From a virus: DNA of 64,000 nt. This document shows, in pieces, positions 57,044 through 64,000 of the stretch (the first letter of the stretch is position 1; the number at the start of each line of letters is the position of its first letter). Made by a program: the position numbers and the translations under genes. Under the pieces are notes generated by a model, which saw only the letters and a program-made list of their open reading frames with translations, had not been told where the DNA came from and searched no databases. The DNA lies in IMG/VR virus record IMGVR_UViG_3300008952_002784, positions 72,954 to 136,953 of that record; one strand, 5' to 3'.

Positions 57044-57050
57044 ATATTTA
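57044..57050 (+). promoter_or_regulatory. Putative late promoter motif ATATTTA (tape measure)
   Basis: Intergenic copy of the recurring motif. Confidence 0.6.
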
Positions 57051-57077
57051 CAGATGTATATAGTAGTGTGATTAGCC

Positions 57078-60000
57078 ATGGCATCTAGTGAAGATTTAGG
57101 AAAACAATTCAAAATTCAGGAGGACATAAACAAAGTTCTTCTGAAGCGCAGTGGATTGTATAGCAATCATACATCTGAATTGAGAACTCAATTAGGGCTT
57201 GCTAAGCAGCTTCTCAAGACGATGAATAAAATAAAACCCCCAGGTGCTGATGATATAAATGAGTTGAATGATAGCTTAGAACAAGCAGCTGACAGCGCTG
57301 ACAAGCTTGGTGACGAGCTTGAATCAGCTGGAAACAGAGGCGCAGATGCAGCTAATAATGCAACTAATTCGAGTAGGGGTCTATTCAAGAATCTGAGTGT
57401 GGGCAAAACAGCTGCATTGGGCTTCGGCGTAGGACTATTTAGTGCCTTCAAGGGCACAACTAAGATACTATCAAGTGTAGCATCAGGTGTCATGAGTGTT
57501 GTAACTAGCTTAGGGAAGCTTGCATTTGCTATTATATCTACACCGTTTAAGATACTTGGCGGACTAATAGCAGAGGCAGGCTCTAAGACAGGTGTCTCCG
57601 AAATTCGAGTTGCCCTAAATGAAATTAGAGAACAATTTGGTAGCTTAGCGTCTAATGAAGGCCAGATGTTTGCTAGTACTGTTCAAGACGTAAGATCTCA
57701 AATGCAAGACCTTGCCGGGACCGGCCTAAGAATGGCCAGAGTCTACGGTTATCATAGAGAGGGTGTTGCTGCTGCTATGAGATCATTCATGGAGATAGCC
57801 TCTGCCTTAGGGCCGGCCCTACACTCGATGACTGATGCACTTAAGGGCAATCAAGTCCAGCTAGACATGCAAAGGCGCGGCCTGGGACTCACAGCAGAAG
57901 CATTTGCAGATGTTATGAGTGCTGCTAGAGATATGGGTAAAGATCCAATCGATGCGATGACTCGATTCTCTGGCGTAGCTTTAAGCTATAGCAAGCAATT
58001 TGGAATTAATGTCAAAACCATGTCAAAGGGTATGGCAGAGATTACAAAAGACGTTGAGAATTTTGGAAATATGGGTGTAGAAGAAATGGCCCGTGTGACA
58101 ACATATGCCCAGAAGCTCGGTGTAGAAATAGCAACGCTGGGTAAGTTGTCTCAGAAGTGGATGAATTTTGATGATGCAGCTCAATCTGCTTCAATGCTTT
58201 CACAAGCATTCGGTATGAATATTGATGCAATGCAAATGATGCAAGAGCAGAATCCTGCCAAACAAGCTCAAATGCTTAAGGACGCATTTGATCAAACAGG
58301 CCGGTCAGTTCAAAATATGACCAAGCAAGAACTTCAATTACTCTCTACAACAATGGGTCTATCTGCTGAAGAAGCCAGACGATTCCTTGCAGGTGAAGCC
58401 AATTACAATGAGCTAGGGAAGGAAGCTGAATCTGAAATTGATGTCATGAAAGAGCAAAGCAAGATCATGCAAGAAATGGCAGACAATATCAAAAGGCTCA
58501 CAAGGCAAGGGACTAGACAATTTTCAAGCTTCTTTGATTCAATATCACAAGGATTTAGTGTAGGTTTCAAACGAACTGAAGAATATCGTGGTCTTATGAT
58601 CGACATGAACCGATCGCTACGAGAAGGCTATAAATTCGGAATCAAGCTGGGAAGAATGTTCATGAGAGAATTCCCAGGTGTCCAGAAAATGTTCAAGGGC
58701 TTGCGAGACATATTTGATCCTGCCAGCTTCAGAAAATTATTTGGCGAACTTTATGATGCATTTGAAGATATGTTCAAGATGCTCAGGACTGATCCAAAGC
58801 GCGGAGTTGAAAATTTTATTGAAGCAGTTAAGAAAGCATTCAAGAGTTTTTTTGGCAGGTCCGGCGACGGTGTCAGTATGGTCAAAGAGGGTGCAACCGC
58901 GTTTTTGCAAGCAGCGGGTGTTCTCTTTCGTGAGTTGTTTATTTTGGCAGTTCGTGGCTTGACAATGATGTTTAGTGTCCTAAATGACTGGTTAGAAAAC
59001 CCGGTACCGTCTGCAGAAGCAGACAAACTCCGTGATGCATTTATGTCACTTTGGTCTGAAATTGTGAGAACACTTGAGATGGTGATGCCTCAACTATTGA
59101 GCGCTTACGGGACGATGATCAAAACCGCGTTCAAGACATTTATCAACTCAGCTGATGGTAAGGAAGCAGCAAAGTATTTTACGTATTTTATCGGTACTAA
59201 AATTATTCTTGGGGCAACAATGTCTGCACTTAAGGGCGGTGCAGCTGCAAAAGCTCTCAAGCTAATTGGTGGATTCTTTTCAAAAATGTCCGGTACAGCC
59301 TCTATCGCGGCAGGAAAGATGGGCCCAACCATCCCACCGGGCATAGCTGCCAAGCAAGCTAGTACTGCAGCCGAACTTAACGCAGCTGACAAAGCTGTTA
59401 TGGCCTCCGGAGGGTGGAAAGGAGCAATAGCTGCAGCTGCTAAGATGGCATTATTTATTACTGTAGGAATTGCAGCCTTAGCTGTGGGATTTTTGATTGC
59501 TTACGGACTGCTACAGGGGCTAGATCCTGCGACATCAATGAAAGTGGGTCTGATCTTAGTTGCAATGTCAGTTGTTGTTGCAGCATTAGGGTTTACTGCG
59601 ATGGCATTGAAAAACCCGGGTGCGCAAGCTGCATCGCCCAAAGATCTTACCACAATTGCAATGCTAGCATTATTAGGCGCTGCCATGGGCTTGTTTACAG
59701 TGGGGATCATGGCACTTATGGGACTTGTACAAGCTCCGTCAATGGACACAATTATAAAGTTCTTTTTAATACAGTCATTCCTTATACTTCAGACCGGTCT
59801 TCTCGCCGGGCTATTAATTATCATGGCCGGTATGATAAATCCTGTGACAATAGGCACGTCCCTCTTAGTGCTCGCCGGCTTAGCATTGATAGCTGTGGCA
59901 CTAGCTGCTTTCACTACAGGATTTATGATAGCACTCAATGACCTCGACGTAGATACTAATAAGGTTTCAACTCTGTTGGGTTCGATGATTAGTATGATTT

Positions 60001-62054
60001 GGACTCTTGTAGGCTTGATACCTATTTTGATGATTCTCGGTGTCATGATGCTACCTCTTGTAGCAGGCTTTGGTTTAATTATGCTAGGGTTTGATGCTCT
60101 TGGAGAAATGGCTGATGCTATGGTTGATAATTTGCTGCCCGGAATTATAAGGATATCTGAAGCTGATATTCCAGATCCAGCAAAAACAAAGCTAGTTGTT
60201 GACATGATTATCGATGTGATCAATTCAATCGCAGGTTTTGTGGGTCAGCTAGCTGGATTAGTAGATGCCCTTAAGCCCCCACCTGGCGCTCAGCCAGATC
60301 AATTGGAGAAAAATATTGCTGCTGTTGTTGAGTTGGTCGAAGCACTAGTAGGAAAAGGTCGAGGAATTGGTCACATAATTGACTTGCTAGTTGATCTAGC
60401 CAAAAGCCCTGACATAACTAGTCAAGGATTGGCAGCAGTTAGCGCGATTAGTGGCGCGTTATCAGCTGTTTCCGGAATAACTAGTGTTTTACAGCCCAAC
60501 GAAGCAATGATGAAAAATGTTGCTGACAATATTGACAACGACGATCTAGATTCGTTTATGTGGGCAATGGCAAAATTTGTTAAAAGCTCAGGAAAAGCAC
60601 TCAACAAAGTTATCAAAACAATTACTGACACATTTTTATCATCTGAATTCATGGCTGCGGCAAGTAATATTACACAAGAAGGCCTTTCGCTAATATCAGC
60701 ACTTGGTCCTGTATTTGAGTCGCTAGGATCAATAGCTATGGCACTTCAACCAAATCCAGCTGTACTATCTGCAGTAGCTTCCAACATTGACAATGACGAC
60801 TTTCCTGAATTCGTTGATGCTATGGGCAAATACTCTTCGCGAATCGGTCCACAATTAGTCACAATTCTGTCAACCTTTGGTCCGGTAATTGGCGATATAA
60901 TGCAATCAGTTGGGAAAATGTTGTCGGATCCTGCAATGAGATCAGTCTCAGCAGCAAAGATTGAGAGTATAGTACTCATGGTTGGGCCTATAGCAGAAGC
61001 AATCGGAGCGATGTCTCAAGGTTTGGGTCCAATTATTGCAGAGCTAATTAGGCAACAAACAGAATTTGCATTATATCCAAATGCTGACAGGACAAACTCA
61101 GTAGCTAATTCTATGACAGAAATAATGGATGGGTTTACTAACATGTTTAAGTCAATAATTCCGTCCATAAAAGATCTAGTAATCCAACTAAGAGAAGTAG
61201 CATCTGGGATCGATGATCCAGAGACAGCTACAAAACAGATAGAGGCCGTCGCGGGAGCTTTGAGTATTTTGGGTGTCTTGGGTGATATCTTTGATCCGCA
61301 AGATCCTTCAAACCCATTATCGTCTAGAATCTTTTCAAATGCTGGAGGTTACGTTGAGTTGTTTGATTCTAGCGGAAGACAGATATCATCATTAGAATCT
61401 GTTGCAATCAATATGAATATGCTTGTGACCACCCTGCTCAACAGCGGCGGCCCAGTTCATCAGCTAGTCCAAGCAATGGGTAATATGCCGGCGCTTTCAA
61501 AAGATCAGATAAAGAGTATGTGTTCTGTGAAGATAGGCTTAGACGTACTTATGACTATGATGTCTATGATGACACAATTTCAAGCCTTTGGCGCGCCCGG
61601 ACCCGACGTACCGGGCGACCCGAATGCGGCAACTGGAGCTATCAACAGTGCACTAGTCGCATTACACGGTGTCAATTGGAGTAGAGACAATAATTCGTTG
61701 GCAGCGCTGCTAGTCAAACTATCTGACAATTCGCTCTATTCAGTATCAAAGTCTAGACTCAAAGAAGTCGGAAATGTAATGGATGCAGCTGTTGAGGGTC
61801 CACTTGCTGCAGTCGGCGGTCTTATAGAAAGAGCTAATCAAGTAAAAGAGCTTCTGAACAATGTTGGGGGAAATATAAATCTCCGTGCAGATATTCAGAA
61901 TCTTGCTAATGCAATCGGTATTGACAAAGAGACATTTACGATCAATAACGATCCGGTTCAAATCACAATTAACTTGGACTTGAAGATGGACGCTGATCAA
62001 ATTGCAACCAGGCTATCCAGAACATCCCAGTTCCGAACAGTTCGAATAGACTAG
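57078..62054 (+). CDS. Tape measure protein
   Basis: 1658 aa, Ala/Gly/Met-rich and helical, with a long hydrophobic block; located after tube and chaperone genes. Confidence 0.85.
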   Translation: MASSEDLGKQFKIQEDINKVLLKRSGLYSNHTSELRTQLGLAKQLLKTMNKIKPPGADDINELNDSLEQAADSADKLGDELESAGNRGADAANNATNSSRGLFKNLSVGKTAALGFGVGLFSAFKGTTKILSSVASGVMSVVTSLGKLAFAIISTPFKILGGLIAEAGSKTGVSEIRVALNEIREQFGSLASNEGQMFASTVQDVRSQMQDLAGTGLRMARVYGYHREGVAAAMRSFMEIASALGPALHSMTDALKGNQVQLDMQRRGLGLTAEAFADVMSAARDMGKDPIDAMTRFSGVALSYSKQFGINVKTMSKGMAEITKDVENFGNMGVEEMARVTTYAQKLGVEIATLGKLSQKWMNFDDAAQSASMLSQAFGMNIDAMQMMQEQNPAKQAQMLKDAFDQTGRSVQNMTKQELQLLSTTMGLSAEEARRFLAGEANYNELGKEAESEIDVMKEQSKIMQEMADNIKRLTRQGTRQFSSFFDSISQGFSVGFKRTEEYRGLMIDMNRSLREGYKFGIKLGRMFMREFPGVQKMFKGLRDIFDPASFRKLFGELYDAFEDMFKMLRTDPKRGVENFIEAVKKAFKSFFGRSGDGVSMVKEGATAFLQAAGVLFRELFILAVRGLTMMFSVLNDWLENPVPSAEADKLRDAFMSLWSEIVRTLEMVMPQLLSAYGTMIKTAFKTFINSADGKEAAKYFTYFIGTKIILGATMSALKGGAAAKALKLIGGFFSKMSGTASIAAGKMGPTIPPGIAAKQASTAAELNAADKAVMASGGWKGAIAAAAKMALFITVGIAALAVGFLIAYGLLQGLDPATSMKVGLILVAMSVVVAALGFTAMALKNPGAQAASPKDLTTIAMLALLGAAMGLFTVGIMALMGLVQAPSMDTIIKFFLIQSFLILQTGLLAGLLIIMAGMINPVTIGTSLLVLAGLALIAVALAAFTTGFMIALNDLDVDTNKVSTLLGSMISMIWTLVGLIPILMILGVMMLPLVAGFGLIMLGFDALGEMADAMVDNLLPGIIRISEADIPDPAKTKLVVDMIIDVINSIAGFVGQLAGLVDALKPPPGAQPDQLEKNIAAVVELVEALVGKGRGIGHIIDLLVDLAKSPDITSQGLAAVSAISGALSAVSGITSVLQPNEAMMKNVADNIDNDDLDSFMWAMAKFVKSSGKALNKVIKTITDTFLSSEFMAAASNITQEGLSLISALGPVFESLGSIAMALQPNPAVLSAVASNIDNDDFPEFVDAMGKYSSRIGPQLVTILSTFGPVIGDIMQSVGKMLSDPAMRSVSAAKIESIVLMVGPIAEAIGAMSQGLGPIIAELIRQQTEFALYPNADRTNSVANSMTEIMDGFTNMFKSIIPSIKDLVIQLREVASGIDDPETATKQIEAVAGALSILGVLGDIFDPQDPSNPLSSRIFSNAGGYVELFDSSGRQISSLESVAINMNMLVTTLLNSGGPVHQLVQAMGNMPALSKDQIKSMCSVKIGLDVLMTMMSMMTQFQAFGAPGPDVPGDPNAATGAINSALVALHGVNWSRDNNSLAALLVKLSDNSLYSVSKSRLKEVGNVMDAAVEGPLAAVGGLIERANQVKELLNNVGGNINLRADIQNLANAIGIDKETFTINNDPVQITINLDLKMDADQIATRLSRTSQFRTVRID

Positions 62055-62062
62055 GTGAAATT

Positions 62063-62356
62063 ATGAGTGATGAAAAAATATTTGAAACAATTAGAGATCT
62101 TCCAAACTACGGCGAGTCGTTTTCAGAGATTTTGTTATCTCCCAAAGAAGGTCCGTATGCCGTAGCAGCTGAACTTTTGAACCAGTCAACAGGCAGCTCT
62201 AGAGCTTTTATGGAGAATGAATTCAGGAAAGTATGTACTGCTATTGATATTATAAAGTACGCAATACACAATGCAGAAAACCACGACATTGACCTATTTA
62301 CAGGTACAGCAGACAATCAATCACAATCAACGCTTAAGCCCAAGGAAGAAAAGTAG
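62063..62356 (+). CDS. Hypothetical protein
   Basis: 97-aa ORF after SD-like AGGTG. Confidence 0.5.
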   Translation: MSDEKIFETIRDLPNYGESFSEILLSPKEGPYAVAAELLNQSTGSSRAFMENEFRKVCTAIDIIKYAIHNAENHDIDLFTGTADNQSQSTLKPKEEK

Positions 62357-62359
62357 ACT

Positions 62360-64000
62360 ATGGCTGAAAATGATGATCTAAAAGGACAAAAGTCCTCAAA
62401 CCTGTATAACCCGGGCTTTCCTGACTTAGTGCCAGAAAGAGGAACACAGGTCATCATGGACTCTGACGACATTTCATATGAATCTCGTCAAACTTTGGGA
62501 GATTTTCTCAAAGATAAAACACTGAAAAACAAGCGACCAGTCCCTACCGGTGGATCAACACCTCTACCTGCTGACTCATTCATACCCTCAGGAGAAACAG
62601 CTGGAACGTTCCAGAATGATCTGAAGGTTAGCGATTCCAACAGTCTAGGCAATAACTCAGCCGGGAGGTTCGGAAACACTAGAAGAGGAACAGTAAACAA
62701 GGGAGAAAGCTCTCCTCTCAGTGTATACCGAGATGAACTTGAAGCAGACGGAAAAAATATTGACTCAATTGATATTGCAACTGTTTCACCGGTGAAAAGA
62801 GCCGGCAACAAGGACGTTTATGATGTTCCTCCCACACCGCTCCAGGGAAAAATATCTGATGTCTTGAGGTATAATCGATTCAACCCAGATCCCAATAACA
62901 CATCATTCTTAGAGGACGGAGAATTCTCAAAGGGCTTGTGGTCCAAACAAGATACAATGGGCTCATACAGTCCTCCGGAGGGCGTCGGTGTTACAGTAAA
63001 TGATCTCAAGAAAATGACACAGTCAATCTTGCTTCAGGCATGCGGGGAATTCGGAATTAATCCGGACACAGTCGAGAGTGTGGGCACAGTGTCCGCTTTA
63101 TTACCGTCAATGAACCAGATGGCGATATCTAAAGTTGACACTGAAGACATGCGCCCAATGAATAATCAGCCCACAACAGACGGCTCAACCCCCATGATGA
63201 CGCAGATAGACGCTGCATTGTTAACTCAAAGTGATATTGACGGGGGCTTGCTCTCTAGTGATTCTTTGCAGCCGACGAAGTCATTCGGTGTTCTCAATTC
63301 TCCCGACAATCCATGGGGAACACCCGGTACAGAAGGCGGAACAAATGTAGGCATGATTACAGTAGCAGCAACCGGCTACGGTGTCTTGTCACTAGCTACA
63401 ACAATTATTGACTTGATAACCAAGACAGACATTTCTGTAATGCCAGAGGGCCTAAGTAGAAATGAAAGTCATGCCTCTAGCCCACATGAAATGATAAAGG
63501 GAAATTCTAGAACTGGTCGAGGAAGTATGTACAAGTATGCCAGTCAAAAGATGAATATACCAGACATAGACTATGATTTTGATAGATGTCTAGCTGTAGG
63601 GTTGTCTATGTTTTACCGAAGACATCACAATTCAGAAAAAGCATTTGACGCATCAATGGTAACAGGTTTTATCCAGGGCTTGGGTAATGTTTCATTGCAT
63701 CCTGGATATTTTGCTGTAATTCATAGAATGCTAGTTAGGGATATAACTTCATTTTCTGAAGATCTAACAAATTTCTTTACTGGGAAGTCTCCTGCTGAAT
63801 TAGCAATAGCCATGGCATCTGGGGGCTTTGGCACAATACTCCTTGGGTTTTTCAATACTAAAGTATGGCTTTTTATGTCTAAGATGGCAGAGCTTGGAAA
63901 TGCAGGCCTAATATCACAGTTTGGATCTACAGCATTTAGCCCAGGTAAAGACATAGACGGTATTCCGTTTACAGCAAAGAGTCGAAATCAAAAGAGTAGA
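62360..64000 (+). CDS. Large tail/baseplate-region protein, 3'-truncated by the window edge (absent from the ORF track)
   Basis: ATG at 62360 (MAENDDLKGQKSS...); my translation finds no stop codon before 64000. Confidence 0.75.
   Translation, partial: MAENDDLKGQKSSNLYNPGFPDLVPERGTQVIMDSDDISYESRQTLGDFLKDKTLKNKRPVPTGGSTPLPADSFIPSGETAGTFQNDLKVSDSNSLGNNSAGRFGNTRRGTVNKGESSPLSVYRDELEADGKNIDSIDIATVSPVKRAGNKDVYDVPPTPLQGKISDVLRYNRFNPDPNNTSFLEDGEFSKGLWSKQDTMGSYSPPEGVGVTVNDLKKMTQSILLQACGEFGINPDTVESVGTVSALLPSMNQMAISKVDTEDMRPMNNQPTTDGSTPMMTQIDAALLTQSDIDGGLLSSDSLQPTKSFGVLNSPDNPWGTPGTEGGTNVGMITVAATGYGVLSLATTIIDLITKTDISVMPEGLSRNESHASSPHEMIKGNSRTGRGSMYKYASQKMNIPDIDYDFDRCLAVGLSMFYRRHHNSEKAFDASMVTGFIQGLGNVSLHPGYFAVIHRMLVRDITSFSEDLTNFFTGKSPAELAIAMASGGFGTILLGFFNTKVWLFMSKMAELGNAGLISQFGSTAFSPGKDIDGIPFTAKSRNQKSR

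Noticed and set aside
45372-62054. Bacterial extracellular contractile injection system or tailocin, suggested by two sheaths
   Set aside because: Terminase, portal, protease, scaffold and major capsid genes are adjacent, so this is a complete phage.
64-63954. Numerous 60-170 aa minus-strand and nested ORFs in the track
   Set aside because: They are shadows of long plus-strand genes, with no recognisable motifs or ribosome-binding sites.
1-64000. Stop-codon reassignment, as seen in some large phages
   Set aside because: Genes are full length in the standard code, and TAG, TGA and TAA all end conserved genes at the expected places (terminase TAG, tube TGA, MCP TAA).
1-64000. tRNA genes, CRISPR arrays, group I/II introns
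   Set aside because: Intergenic gaps are at most ~135 nt and show no cloverleaf or repeat-spacer pattern; the portal insertions are in-frame with intein termini.

Overview
This 64-kb window is the virion-morphogenesis region of a large T4-like contractile-tailed (myovirus/jumbo-type) bacteriophage. All credible genes are on the + strand and read in the standard code. In order: baseplate/fibre-type structural genes (1-21192); a DNA-processing island (RuvC-like resolvase, DnaG-like primase, a fused Mre11-Rad50/SbcD-SbcC protein); terminase large subunit; a portal gene interrupted by three HNH-type inteins; prohead protease; small head proteins; a ribosomal protein bS21 homologue; scaffold; major capsid protein; a free-standing endonuclease; neck proteins; two paralogous tail sheaths; tail tube; a tail-assembly chaperone with a likely +1 frameshift; tape measure; and a truncated tail gene. 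The less obvious signals are a [S/T]-G-[S/T] tripeptide concentrated in exterior virion proteins, a recurring ATAYTTA promoter-like motif, a second sigma70-like promoter class, a structured leader RNA before a putative capsid decoration gene, a Gln-terminal intein, and apparent CTAG enrichment. All calls come from motif recognition and hand counts; no database searches were run.
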